From assembly GCA_963708025.1 (NCBI GenBank), contig CAVPSB010000014.1:288001-352000 (forward strand): a stretch of DNA of 64,000 nt, in the 5' to 3' direction. Source of the DNA: an uncultured Candidatus Rokubacteria bacterium (GTDB taxonomy: Bacteria; Methylomirabilota; Methylomirabilia; Rokubacteriales; DASRDR01). Positions 10,166 to 19,443 of the stretch are shown here, in pieces (the stretch's first letter is position 1; each line of letters opens with the position of its first letter). A program made the position numbers and the translations under genes. The notes below the pieces were generated by a model. It was given only the letters and a program-made list of their open reading frames with translations. It was not told where the DNA came from and did no database searches.

Positions 10166-11014
10166 GTGGCCGTGAGGCGCTGGCTGCTGTTCGTGCTCCT
10201 GGTCTTCCCGGCGCTGGCCGGCGCGGAAGAGAGCGAGCTGACCGTCCGCTACGAGGCGGGCCGGCTCTCCGTGAGCGCGCGAGCGGCGCCGCTCGAGGAC
10301 GTCCTCGCCGAGGTGGCCACCGCGAGCGGTGTCCGGATCGAGATCGAATCGGCGCCGCTCGCGTCCGGGGAGACCATCACCCTGACGGTCGAGGACGTCA
10401 GCCTCGAGGACGGGCTCCGGCGGATCCTCGGGAAGCAGGGCTTTGTCCTGTTCTATTCGCCGGCTGGCCTGGCCGAGGTCCGCGTGTACCCCGGGCCGTC
10501 CGTCGGCGTGGCCCGCGACGCCGACCCCGACGTCGAGGTGGGGGAGTCGGTGCCGAGGGCGCTGCCGCCGGGGACGGTGGGTCGGCGGACGCGCCGGCCC
10601 GTCGCCGCGGCACCGGAGGACCCCGCCGAGCTGGCTCGCCTCCGAACGGAGGCGCTGTCGGGTCCCGATCCGGCGATGCGGGCGACGGCCCTCGTCACGC
10701 TGAGCGCCAGCCGCGACCGGGCGCTCGCTCGGGAGACGGCGCTGGCAGCGCTTCGGGGCGAGCGCGAGGAGACCGTGCTCCAGAGCGCGCTGACCCTGCT
10801 AATGCGACAGGGCGCGGTCCCCGTGGACGCCGTGCTCCCGCTCGCCGGGACCGACCGCGCGGCGGGGGTCCGGCTGCTCGCCCTCCGGCTGCTCGTCCGG
10901 GACGGGGCCCGCGACCCCCGCGTCACCGGTCTCCTGACCGAGCTCGCCGGCGCGGAGCCGGACCCCGCGGTCCGGGAGACCGCCCGGGAGCTGCTCCAGG
11001 ACCTGGAGCGGTAG
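10166..11014 (+). CDS. secreted protein with secretin/STN-like N-domain and HEAT-like repeats
   Basis: signal peptide; RLSVSARAAPLEDVLAEVA...SLEDGLRRIL; helical DPAxR repeats. Confidence 0.55.
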   Translation: MAVRRWLLFVLLVFPALAGAEESELTVRYEAGRLSVSARAAPLEDVLAEVATASGVRIEIESAPLASGETITLTVEDVSLEDGLRRILGKQGFVLFYSPAGLAEVRVYPGPSVGVARDADPDVEVGESVPRALPPGTVGRRTRRPVAAAPEDPAELARLRTEALSGPDPAMRATALVTLSASRDRALARETALAALRGEREETVLQSALTLLMRQGAVPVDAVLPLAGTDRAAGVRLLALRLLVRDGARDPRVTGLLTELAGAEPDPAVRETARELLQDLER

Positions 11015-11040
11015 GGCCGGCCGGGCGCGCGAGAAGGGCG

Positions 11041-11090
11041 CCCCTCACCCTGACCCTCTCCCCCCACTGACGGACAGTCGGGGGGGAGGG
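11041..11090. repeat. REP-like palindrome, family B (CCCCTCACCCTGACCCTCTCCC...GGGGAGGG)
   Basis: between convergent genes; related copies at 25165-25199 and 60741-60773. Confidence 0.7.
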
Positions 11091-11127
11091 ATGCAGAGGC
11101 TGGCCCTGCCCGGTGTGGGGAGGGACG

Positions 11128-11892
11128 TCAGGCGTCGGCGAAGGCGGTGAGCGTTTCCGGCGACAGCTCGCCGGCCGAGTCGCGGTCGAGGAAGAGGAAG
11201 CAGCGCGCGTGCCGCCTCAGGATGGATGCGGGCGCCCGCGGCGCGATCTCGTCCTCGAGGGTCATCGTCACCGCGCGCGCTTTCCGTCCCTCCGGGGCGG
11301 TGCAGACGACGCTCCCCGCCTTCATGATCTGGCGGATCGACATCGAGACGGCCCGCCGGGGCACGTCGTCCAGCGACGCGAACGAGCCGCCGCGGAACAG
11401 CTGGCGGCGGTACGTCTCGTCGAGGTCGACCAGGATGAAGGGCGTTTCGGTCTCGAAGTCGGCCGGCGGGTCGTTGAAGGCCAGATGCCCGTTCTCGCCG
11501 ATCCCCAGGAAGGCCACGTCGACCGGGGTGGCGGCGAGGATGCGGTTGAGCCGGGCCAGCTCCCCGGCGAGATCGGGGGCGTCCCCCTGGATGAAGTGGA
11601 CGGTGCCCACGGGCACTCGGCTCGTGAGGCGCTCGCGCAGGTACCGGCGGAGCGACGCCGGGTGGTCGGGCGGGAAGCCGATGTACTCGTCGAGGTGGAA
11701 CAGCGTGGTCCGCGTCCAGTCGATGCCGGGTGCCGCCACCAGGTGGGCGAGGAACGCCATCTGAGACACGCCCGTGGCCGCGACGAAGGCCGCCCGGTCC
11801 CGCGCGGCGATCGCCTCGCGCAGGAGGCGCGCCGCCGTCTCCGCGGCGGCGCGGGCCGCCGCGGCGGGGTCGGGATGGACGGTCACCTTCAT
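11128..11892 (-). CDS. glucosamine-6-phosphate deaminase/isomerase family protein
   Basis: ATGVSQ, FHLDEYIG, LGIGENGHLAFNDPP. Confidence 0.85.
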   Translation of the reverse strand: MKVTVHPDPAAAARAAAETAARLLREAIAARDRAAFVAATGVSQMAFLAHLVAAPGIDWTRTTLFHLDEYIGFPPDHPASLRRYLRERLTSRVPVGTVHFIQGDAPDLAGELARLNRILAATPVDVAFLGIGENGHLAFNDPPADFETETPFILVDLDETYRRQLFRGGSFASLDDVPRRAVSMSIRQIMKAGSVVCTAPEGRKARAVTMTLEDEIAPRAPASILRRHARCFLFLDRDSAGELSPETLTAFADA

Positions 11893-12809
11893 GGGGCCAG
11901 GAGGCCGAGGTCCTGGAGGTGGCGGCGGATCTGGTCGCGCTCGGGCTCGCGGAAGCGGTGGAAGGGCTCGGCCATGAAGTCGTCGCAGATCCCGAGGAGG
12001 GACAGGGCGCACTTGAGGCCCTTGATGATGGCCGAGCCGTGGTGGCCGACGGCGTAGAGCGTGCCGACGACCTGGACGACCCGCGCGTGGAGCGCGGCGA
12101 CGCGCGCGAGGTCTCGCCGGGCCGCGGCCTCGTACAGCTCGACGTAGAGCCGCGGCATCAGGTTCGCCCCGCCGTTGACGCCGCCGTGGGCGCCGGCGAG
12201 GAGGACCGCCTCGGCCAGGAGATCCTCCGGCCCCACCAGCACGGACCACCCCGGCTGCTCCGCGACCAGCCGGCCCACCTGGTGGAGGTAGCCCATGTCT
12301 CCCGAGCTGTCCTTGATCCCGACGATCTGCGGCAGGTCCATGGCGCGCCGCAGGGTGTCGAGGGCGAACGGCACCTTGGTCAGGCTCGGCATGTTGTAGA
12401 GGAACACCGGCAGCGGCAGCTCGCGAACGATGTGCTGGAGGTACTCCCACAGCTCGGGCTGGGCGACCGTGTGGTAGTAGGGCGAGGAGAGGACCACCGC
12501 CTGGGCCCCGGCGTCGGCGGCGTGGGCCGCCAGCCGCACCGACTCGACGAACGCGGTGTCGGTGATCCCGACCAGGACGGGGACCCGGCCCGCCACCTGC
12601 TTGCAGACCCGCTGGACCAGCTCGTAGCGGAGCCGGTAGCCGAGGCTTGCCGCCTCGCCGCTGGTGCCCAGGATGAAGAGGCCGGCGATGCCACCGCCCA
12701 GCACGTGCTCGAGGAGCCGCTCGAGCCCGGCCACGTCCAGCTCGTCGCGGGCGGAGAGCGGCGTGATCATGGGTGGCACGATGCCGCGCAGGGGACGGGC
12801 CAGGCTCAT
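11889..12809 (-). CDS. dihydrodipicolinate synthase-family aldolase/dehydratase
   Basis: GIVPPMITP, GTSGE, LYNMP, GIKDSSGD. Confidence 0.9.
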   Translation of the reverse strand: MSLARPLRGIVPPMITPLSARDELDVAGLERLLEHVLGGGIAGLFILGTSGEAASLGYRLRYELVQRVCKQVAGRVPVLVGITDTAFVESVRLAAHAADAGAQAVVLSSPYYHTVAQPELWEYLQHIVRELPLPVFLYNMPSLTKVPFALDTLRRAMDLPQIVGIKDSSGDMGYLHQVGRLVAEQPGWSVLVGPEDLLAEAVLLAGAHGGVNGGANLMPRLYVELYEAAARRDLARVAALHARVVQVVGTLYAVGHHGSAIIKGLKCALSLLGICDDFMAEPFHRFREPERDQIRRHLQDLGLLAP

Positions 12810-12930
12810 CGACGCGGGGATCCGGGCCGGCCGACCATGGGGAGAGCATAGCACGCGGTTGCGCGGGCGAGCGCCGTCGTGCGATGGTGAAGGCCGCGCG
12901 CTCACCGGGCTCCAGAGGAGAAGCCAACCC

Positions 12931-13365
12931 ATGCTGAAGGGCATCGACCCGCTGCTCGCCCCGGAGCTACTCCACGCGCTGGCCGCGATGGGCCACGGCG
13001 ACGAGCTGGCGGTCGTCGACGCGAACTTCCCGGCGGTCTCGGTGGCCCGCCGCCTCGTCCGGCTCGACGGCGTCCCGGCGCCGCGGGCGCTCCAGGCGGT
13101 CCTCTCGCTCCTGCCCCTCGACACCTTCACCGACACGCCGGCCGCCGTCATGGCCGTGGTGGGGGACCCCGCGGCGGTCCCGCCGCCGGTGCGCGAGTTC
13201 CAGCCGATCGTGGACGCCGCCGCCGGGCGCCCGGTGCGCCTGGTGGCGCTCGAGCGCTTCGCCTTCTACGAGCGGGCGCGGGCGGCCTTCGCGGTCGTTG
13301 CCACCGGGGATACGCGGGCCTACGGCAACATCCTGGTCACGAAGGGCGTGGTCGCCTCGGGATGA
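12931..13365 (+). CDS. RbsD/FucU family mutarotase
   Basis: MLKGIDPLL, MGHGDEL, DANFP, ERFAFY, YGNILVTKGV. Confidence 0.92.
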   Translation: MLKGIDPLLAPELLHALAAMGHGDELAVVDANFPAVSVARRLVRLDGVPAPRALQAVLSLLPLDTFTDTPAAVMAVVGDPAAVPPPVREFQPIVDAAAGRPVRLVALERFAFYERARAAFAVVATGDTRAYGNILVTKGVVASG

Positions 13366-14381
13366 CGATGGAGCCCGGCGCGCGGCGGAGGCTCGGGAAG
13401 TCGGCGGTCGAGGTGACCCGGATGGGGTTCGGCGGCGCCCCGCTCGGCAACCTCTTCAACCCGGTCGCCGCCGACGCGGCCCGGCAGGCGATCGACGGCG
13501 CCTACGACCGCGGCCTCCGCTACTTCGACACCGCGCCGCTCTACGGCCACGGGCTGAGCGAGCGGCGGCTGGGCGAGGCGCTCCGGAGCCGGCCGCGCGA
13601 GAGCTTCGTCCTCTCGACGAAGGTCGGACGCGTGCTCGAGCCGGGGACGCCGCCGGCCGGGGCCTACGTCGAGCTGCCGTCCCTCGTGCCGCGGTTCGAC
13701 TACAGCGAGGCGGGTGCGCTCCGCTCGGTGGAGGAGAGCCTCGGCCGCCTCGGGCTCGACCGGGTGGACGTCCTCTACATCCACGACATCGACGCCTTCA
13801 CTCACGGCGCCGAGGGCGCTCCCGCCCGCTTCCGCGAGGCGATGTCGGGCGCCTACCGGGCGATCGAGCGGCTGCGGCGCGAAGGGCGGGTGCGGGCGAT
13901 CGGCGTCGGCGTCAACGAGTGGGAGGCCTGCCAGCGCGCGGCCGAGGCCGCCGACTTCGACTGCTTCCTGCTGGCCGGGCGCTACACGCTGCTGGAGCAG
14001 GAGGCGCTGGAATCCTTCCTGCCGCTCTGCGAGCGTCGCGGGATCGGCGTCGTGATCGGCGGCCCGCTCAACTCCGGTATCCTGGCCACCGGCCCCGTTC
14101 CCGGCGCGACCTACAACTACCGGCCGGCGCCGCCGGCCATCCTCGATCGCGCCCGGCGCCTCGAGCGCGTGTGCGCGAGCCACGGCGTGCCACTGGCGGC
14201 CGCCGCGCTCCAGTTCCCGCTCGCCCACCCGGCGGTCGCGTGCGTGATCCCCGGGGCCCGGTCGGTGGGCGAGGTCGAGCAGAACGTGGCGCTGCTGGCG
14301 CGGCCGCTGCCGGCGGCCCTGTGGCGGGACCTGAAGGCCGAGGGCCTGGTGCGCGCGGACGCGCCGACCCCGGCCGGGTAG
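13362..14381 (+). CDS. aldo/keto reductase (D-threo-aldose/L-fucose 1-dehydrogenase-like)
   Basis: GFGGAPLGNL, FDTAPLYGHGLSE, STKVGR, LLAGRYTLL, NSGILA. Confidence 0.88.
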   Translation: MTMEPGARRRLGKSAVEVTRMGFGGAPLGNLFNPVAADAARQAIDGAYDRGLRYFDTAPLYGHGLSERRLGEALRSRPRESFVLSTKVGRVLEPGTPPAGAYVELPSLVPRFDYSEAGALRSVEESLGRLGLDRVDVLYIHDIDAFTHGAEGAPARFREAMSGAYRAIERLRREGRVRAIGVGVNEWEACQRAAEAADFDCFLLAGRYTLLEQEALESFLPLCERRGIGVVIGGPLNSGILATGPVPGATYNYRPAPPAILDRARRLERVCASHGVPLAAAALQFPLAHPAVACVIPGARSVGEVEQNVALLARPLPAALWRDLKAEGLVRADAPTPAG

Positions 14382-14527
14382 GGGCGGGGCCGATGAGCGT
14401 CGCATCGCGTCGTCGTTCGGACGGCCTTCGGCCTTTGGGGTCGTCGCCCATCCTCGGCGTATGCTGCATACGCCTGCGGTGGGCGACTCCCTGCGTCCTA
14501 GCGCTGCTCGCTCCTCGGCCCCGCCCC
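14381..14527. repeat. 147-bp nested palindromic element (MITE/REPIN-like)
   Basis: 19-bp terminal IR with 1 mismatch; internal hairpins GGCCTTCGGCC and GGCGTATGC-T-GCATACGCC. Confidence 0.7.
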
Positions 14528-14581
14528 AAGAACTTGACTCATCCGTCATGACCCTGACCCCCGAAGGACTCTAGGATCTGC

Positions 14582-15451
14582 ATGGCGGGTCCCGGCGATA
14601 CGCGGCGCATCGACGCCCACCAGCACTTCTGGCGCCTGAGCCGGGGCGACTACGGCTGGATCACCCCCGACCTCCGCCCCATCCACCACGACTTCGGCCC
14701 GGCCGACCTGGCCCCGCTCCTGGCGCGGGCCGGGATCGGCGCGACGATCCTCGTCCAGGCCGCACCGACGGTCACCGAGACCCGGTTCCTGCTCCACACG
14801 GCGGGAGCGACGAGCTTCGTCGCGGGCGTGGTCGGCTGGGTGGACATGGCGGCGCCCGAGGCGCCGGAGACGATGGCCGGGCTGGCCCGGGACCCCTACC
14901 TCCGCGGGATCCGGCCGATGATCCACGACATCGCGGACCCCGACTGGATGCTGGGCCGGGGGCTCGATCCGGCGTTTCGCGCGCTGATCGAGCTGGGGCT
15001 CGTGTTCGACGCCCTGGTCCGGCCGGTCCACCTGGCGAACCTCCGGGTGCTGCTCGGCCGCTACCCCGACCTCCGGGTCGTGATCGACCACGCGGCCAAG
15101 CCCGACATCGCGCGCTGGGGCCACTCCCCCGCGGCGCGGGCGACCTGGGCGGCGGCCATGGCGGATCTCGCGTGCTCGACCGGCGCCGCGTGCAAGCTCT
15201 CGGGGCTGGTCACCGAGGCGGTGCCGGGCTGGAGCGCGGACGACCTCCGGCCGTACGTGGACCACCTGCTGGAGTGCTTCGGTCCCGACCGGCTGCTGTG
15301 GGGGAGCGACTGGCCGGTGGTCGACCTCGCCGGCGGCCACGCCGCGTGGTGGGACGCGTCGCAGGCCTGCCTCGCCGGGCTGGGCGCGAACGACCGGACG
15401 AAGATCCTCGGCGGCACCGCCGCGCGGGTGTACGGGCTCCCGGAGCGGTGA
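14582..15451 (+). CDS. amidohydrolase 2 family (L-fucono-1,5-lactonase-like)
   Basis: IDAHQHFW, YGWI, VIDHAAKP, CKLSGL, WGSDWPV. Confidence 0.9.
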   Translation: MAGPGDTRRIDAHQHFWRLSRGDYGWITPDLRPIHHDFGPADLAPLLARAGIGATILVQAAPTVTETRFLLHTAGATSFVAGVVGWVDMAAPEAPETMAGLARDPYLRGIRPMIHDIADPDWMLGRGLDPAFRALIELGLVFDALVRPVHLANLRVLLGRYPDLRVVIDHAAKPDIARWGHSPAARATWAAAMADLACSTGAACKLSGLVTEAVPGWSADDLRPYVDHLLECFGPDRLLWGSDWPVVDLAGGHAAWWDASQACLAGLGANDRTKILGGTAARVYGLPER

Positions 15452-15619
15452 GCAGTGATGAAGTCTCGCTTGGGATCCCAGACCGCGATGGATCGGTTGT
15501 CCGGCTCTTCGAGGTCGCGTACGCTGGAGCTGGTGATCGCTCGTCGGATCTCTCGCGCCGCGCTCCGGTCGCGGGTCGTCCGGGCGAGCGCCGAGCAGTT
15601 CATCAGCCAAGGAGGATGT

Positions 15620-16024
15620 ATGTCGAACGTAGCGCGACTCGCAGTGCTTGCCGTGACGGTGCTCGTGATGGTCCCCGGCCTGGTGAGCGCGGCCGAAGTG
15701 ATGGTGAATCTCCAGCCCCAGAATAATTCCGGGGAGTCGGGGACCGCCACGTTGACGGACACTGCCGACGGCAAGGCCAAGGTGACGGTCAACGTGACCG
15801 GGCAGCCGGCGGGCAGCCAGCCGATGCACATCCACAAGGGAACCTGCGCGAGCCTCGATCCGAAGCCGGCGTTCCCGCTCCCGGCCCTGACCGGAGGCAA
15901 GTCCGAAGCCACCGTCAACGTCACGGTGGACGCGCTCCAGAAGGAGAAGTACGCGATCAACGGCCACAAGTCGGCGCAGGAGGCTTCGGTGTACGTGTTC
16001 TGCGGCGACATCCCGGCGAAGTAG
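15620..16024 (+). CDS. small secreted CHRD/Cu,Zn-SOD-like protein
   Basis: AAGGAGG RBS, signal peptide, SGESGTATL, PMHIHKGTC, AINGH, CGDI. Confidence 0.7.
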   Translation: MSNVARLAVLAVTVLVMVPGLVSAAEVMVNLQPQNNSGESGTATLTDTADGKAKVTVNVTGQPAGSQPMHIHKGTCASLDPKPAFPLPALTGGKSEATVNVTVDALQKEKYAINGHKSAQEASVYVFCGDIPAK

Positions 16025-16068
16025 TCGCCGACCATTCCGCTAAGAGCGGCGCGAGGCGGCACGGAGGG

Positions 16069-16716
16069 GTGTCGCCTCCGCCGATCGGTACCTCGAGGGT
16101 GGAGGGCATCGTGAGGGGGATCGAGCGCCGGATCGTCGTGCGGGGGCTGATGCTGCTCGCGGGCGGGTGGGTCTACGGGGTCGTCGGTCGCGAGTCGGCG
16201 GCACAGCAGCTGCCGCGGGGGGTGCCGCCGCCGGCGCCCGGGAGCGGCACCGGCCCGGCCGGGCTCACCTGGACCGCGCCGAAGGGCTGGGTCGCCGAGC
16301 CGCCGACCTCGTCGATGCGCCGCGCCCAGTACCGGATCCCGGGGCCGGCCGGCGCCGGCGAGTGCGTCGTCTTCTACTTCGGCGCCGGCCAGGGTGGCGA
16401 CGCCGAGACGAACGCCGCCCGCTGGGCCGAGCAGTTCGAGCAGCCCGACGGCTCGCCCTCGCGCAAGGCGCTCAAGATGAAGTCGCTCGACGTCAACGGG
16501 GTCCGGGTGACGCTCGCGGAGATCACGGGCATCTACCGCGGCGGGATGCCCGGGGGCCCGGCGGCGCCGACGCGCCCCGACTACATGCTCCTCGGCGCGA
16601 TCGCGCGGGGTCCCGACGCCAACTGGTTCTTCAAGGCCACCGGCCCCCGCCAGACGATGGAAGCCAATCGGGCGGCATTCGACGCCATGGTCCGCTCGCT
16701 CAAGCCAGGCTCGTAG
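16069..16716 (+). CDS. conserved exported hypothetical protein (start uncertain)
   Basis: hydrophobic N-region; WTAPKGW, SSMRRAQY, GQGGDAETNAARW, WFFKATGP; coding-like codon pattern. Confidence 0.7.
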   Translation: MSPPPIGTSRVEGIVRGIERRIVVRGLMLLAGGWVYGVVGRESAAQQLPRGVPPPAPGSGTGPAGLTWTAPKGWVAEPPTSSMRRAQYRIPGPAGAGECVVFYFGAGQGGDAETNAARWAEQFEQPDGSPSRKALKMKSLDVNGVRVTLAEITGIYRGGMPGGPAAPTRPDYMLLGAIARGPDANWFFKATGPRQTMEANRAAFDAMVRSLKPGS

Positions 16717-16957
16717 AAAACCGCTCCCGCAAATCCTCGTCCTCGGCGCGGGGTCTCTGGCCGGTGTTGGGCTGCTGGGTGTCAAGCGTTGTGCAACATT
16801 CAACGACTCGCGCGCAATGGGCGTGGCGGCTGCCAGGAAGGAATCCAGGCGCCTCTCATGGCCGGCGATCGGCGGGGCTCCGTCGAGCGTGGCGCGCGGG
16901 TCGGATGGAATGGATGCCGCATTCCCCGCCGGCGCAGGGCGGGAGGCGGGCGCGCGC

Positions 16958-17251
16958 CTAGTTCAGCGTGACCACGTGGGGGCGGCCCATCTCCTCGATG
17001 AGCGCGACGAGGAGGAGGCGCACCAGCACGGTGGTGGCCGGGCTCGGCGGGCGGGCGTCCGACATCGCGAGGGAGCGGACGATCCGGGTCACGGCCTGGC
17101 GGACCGCCAGCTCGACGGGCGCGGACTCCGCGGTGCCGAACCAGTGGGCCAGGGCCTCGCGGCAGCTCCTGACGCCGTCCTTGACGGCCGCGTTCAGCAC
17201 CGCCACGTCGCCTTCCTGCAGTCCCCTGAGCGCCTCGTCGTCCGGGATCAC
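16958..17251 (-). CDS. small hypothetical protein
   Basis: GAGGAGGG RBS before GTG; helical 97-aa product. Confidence 0.5.
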   Translation of the reverse strand: MIPDDEALRGLQEGDVAVLNAAVKDGVRSCREALAHWFGTAESAPVELAVRQAVTRIVRSLAMSDARPPSPATTVLVRLLLVALIEEMGRPHVVTLN

Positions 17252-17447
17252 GTCATTTCCCTCCTCTGTGCTTCGAACCCGCCGTACGCCGACCCAGACG
17301 AGCAAGGGGTGTGCCACGGCGACCACCCGGGCTCTAACTTCACGTCACGACGACGCGATCCGGCCGTCCACCCGCCGGTGAACGGTGAGGCCGGCCCACG
17401 GCCGTCCAGAGTCTGACCAGTCGCCTGGACCGTCTTTGCACAGGTCC

Positions 17448-17843
17448 TCAGCGTCCGGCGCTGGAGCCGGCACGATAGGCCCGCCAGCCGCCGTGGGCGG
17501 AGATGTCCCGGTGGAGGCCCTCGGCCAGCTCGCGCGGGTAGAGGATGCCCGGGACCTCCCGGCCGTCGGCGAGGCGGATCGGCCCCCGATACAGCCCGGG
17601 CGGCTCGCCGGCCTCGACGCGCCGCCACACCTCGTCGGGCACCCGGTAGAGCTCGCCGGCCACCGACACGCCGCCCGAGGCCACCTCGAACATGCCGGGG
17701 TGGCGGTCGTCGATGGAGTAGAGGCGGTAGACCGGCGCCGTCCACGCCTCGCCCAGGAACTCGGCCCCCTCGAGGTTGGCGTGGAGCGCGAGCCCGCGCA
17801 TGAGGGTGCCGTTGACGAAGAGCTCGGACGCCCCGCCGGTCAG
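17448..17843 (-). CDS. gamma-glutamylcyclotransferase-fold protein (allophanate hydrolase C-domain-like); start uncertain
   Basis: LFVNGTLMRGLALHANL, TAPVYRLY, VAGELYRV, EPPGL, DISAHGGWRAY. Confidence 0.8.
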   Translation of the reverse strand: MTGGASELFVNGTLMRGLALHANLEGAEFLGEAWTAPVYRLYSIDDRHPGMFEVASGGVSVAGELYRVPDEVWRRVEAGEPPGLYRGPIRLADGREVPGILYPRELAEGLHRDISAHGGWRAYRAGSSAGR

Positions 17844-19417
17844 CGGCGGCCCAGCGGCGGCGCGGCCGCCGGAACCGGTTTCCCGGCCGGCTCCAGCCGG
17901 GCGAAGCCCCAGCAGATGGCCGCCAGCAGCAGGTAGCCGAGGGCGACCCCCGCCGACTCTCCGATCCCCAGCTTGGCGCCGTGGATGAAGCCGAAGTAAG
18001 ACAGCACGGCGCCAGCCAGCCCGTAGATGGCGGCGCGATTGAAGTCCCGGTCGATGATGAAGGCGGCCACCGCGCCCAGGATCATGCCGGCCAGGATCGC
18101 CCCGCCGCCGAGGAGCTCCATGCCGTGGTAGACGACCCCGGCTCCGCCGAGGGCGGCCAGGCCCACCTTGGCGGCCGAGGTGCCGGCGGCGTTCAGCGCG
18201 CCGTCCACCTGGGTCTGGGCCCAGGACGCGAGGTTGGGGATCAGGGCCAGGATGACCGCCGGCGCGTGCTCGCGCGGCGTGGCCTGGAAGGCCTGGGCGC
18301 CGATCACCACGCCGATGTAGAGGAGGATGGGCAGGATCGCCACCAGGGGGATCACGGCCAGGAGCAGGGCGACCAGGCCCAGGAAGCACACCAGCCCGAC
18401 GCAGACCCCGGTCGCCAGCGAGTAGCCGATCCGCCCGCCGACCGACTTCCAGCCGGGGTGGCCGATGTAGACGGCGGGCGGGAAGGGGCTGCCGAGGAGG
18501 GAGCCGACCACCGCGCCGATGCCGTCGGCGAGGAGGATCTTCCGCAGGCTGTAGCTGTCCCCGGCCGCCTCCGCGCTCTCGACGTTGTTCATGCCCTCGG
18601 TGAAGTTGTAGATGCCGAGCGGGATCGCGGTGACCAGGAGGGGGCCGATGTCGGCAAGCCCCGCGAAGACGTCGGCGGACGGGTAGGGCAGCCGCAGGCC
18701 GGCCTGGGCGATGGCCTTGCCGACCGCGGTCGCCTGCATGACGCCGCTCCAGCCGAGCAGCGTGGTGATCCAACCGACGGCGGTGCCGATGATGACCGCG
18801 GCGAGGCCGCCGGGCACGTTGCCGGGGAGCCGCACGCCGGCCATCCAGCTCACCATGATGATGGCGAGCGAGATGAAGGCGATCCACGGCACCTCCCAGC
18901 TCTGGAAGGCCGGCCGCATCGAGATGAAGGTGATCGAGATGCCGGCCAGCGTCCCCAGCATGGCCGCCCGCGGGGTGTGCTTGCGGATGGCCGGCCCCAC
19001 GAAGGCGCCGAGGAGGATGATGACGCCGATCACGAAGCACCAGGCGAGCCCGGCCTGCCAGGCGGCCACGGGGTTGCCGGTCCTGATGACGATGGGCAGC
19101 ATGATGAGGAACACCACGATGAACATGTGGGGCACGCTCGGCCCGTACGGCATCGCGGTGACGGTGTCGCGACGCTCGCGCTTGGCGAGCTGCCAGGCCA
19201 GGTACGCGTAGTAGAGGTTGCCGAGCGGCAGCGCGATGCCCAGCGCCGGGATGATGCGGCCGAACACGATGTTGTCGGGCAGCTTGACGACCCCGAGCAC
19301 GAGCCCCGTGAGCACGATGACGTTGAGGACGACGTTGGTGAAGAGCCCGAAGAAGGCGTTCCAGTCGCCGGGCACCCACCACCGGACCGGATACTCCGAG
19401 TCAGTCGCGCGCCCCAT
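17840..19417 (-). CDS. NCS2/AzgA-like permease of the type found beside biuret/triuret hydrolases
   Basis: WWVPGDWNAFFG, TAMPYGPSVP, PRAAMLGTLAG, NNVESA, YIGHPGWK; many TM segments. Confidence 0.85.
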   Translation of the reverse strand: MGRATDSEYPVRWWVPGDWNAFFGLFTNVVLNVIVLTGLVLGVVKLPDNIVFGRIIPALGIALPLGNLYYAYLAWQLAKRERRDTVTAMPYGPSVPHMFIVVFLIMLPIVIRTGNPVAAWQAGLAWCFVIGVIILLGAFVGPAIRKHTPRAAMLGTLAGISITFISMRPAFQSWEVPWIAFISLAIIMVSWMAGVRLPGNVPGGLAAVIIGTAVGWITTLLGWSGVMQATAVGKAIAQAGLRLPYPSADVFAGLADIGPLLVTAIPLGIYNFTEGMNNVESAEAAGDSYSLRKILLADGIGAVVGSLLGSPFPPAVYIGHPGWKSVGGRIGYSLATGVCVGLVCFLGLVALLLAVIPLVAILPILLYIGVVIGAQAFQATPREHAPAVILALIPNLASWAQTQVDGALNAAGTSAAKVGLAALGGAGVVYHGMELLGGGAILAGMILGAVAAFIIDRDFNRAAIYGLAGAVLSYFGFIHGAKLGIGESAGVALGYLLLAAICWGFARLEPAGKPVPAAAPPLGRR

Positions 19418-19443
19418 GGTCTCCTCCCGTGTTGAGGCTCCGG

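Noticed and set aside
11128-12927. 599-aa NagB fusion
   Set aside because: The N-terminal part is an off-frame overlay of the DHDPS-family gene; the real start is 11892
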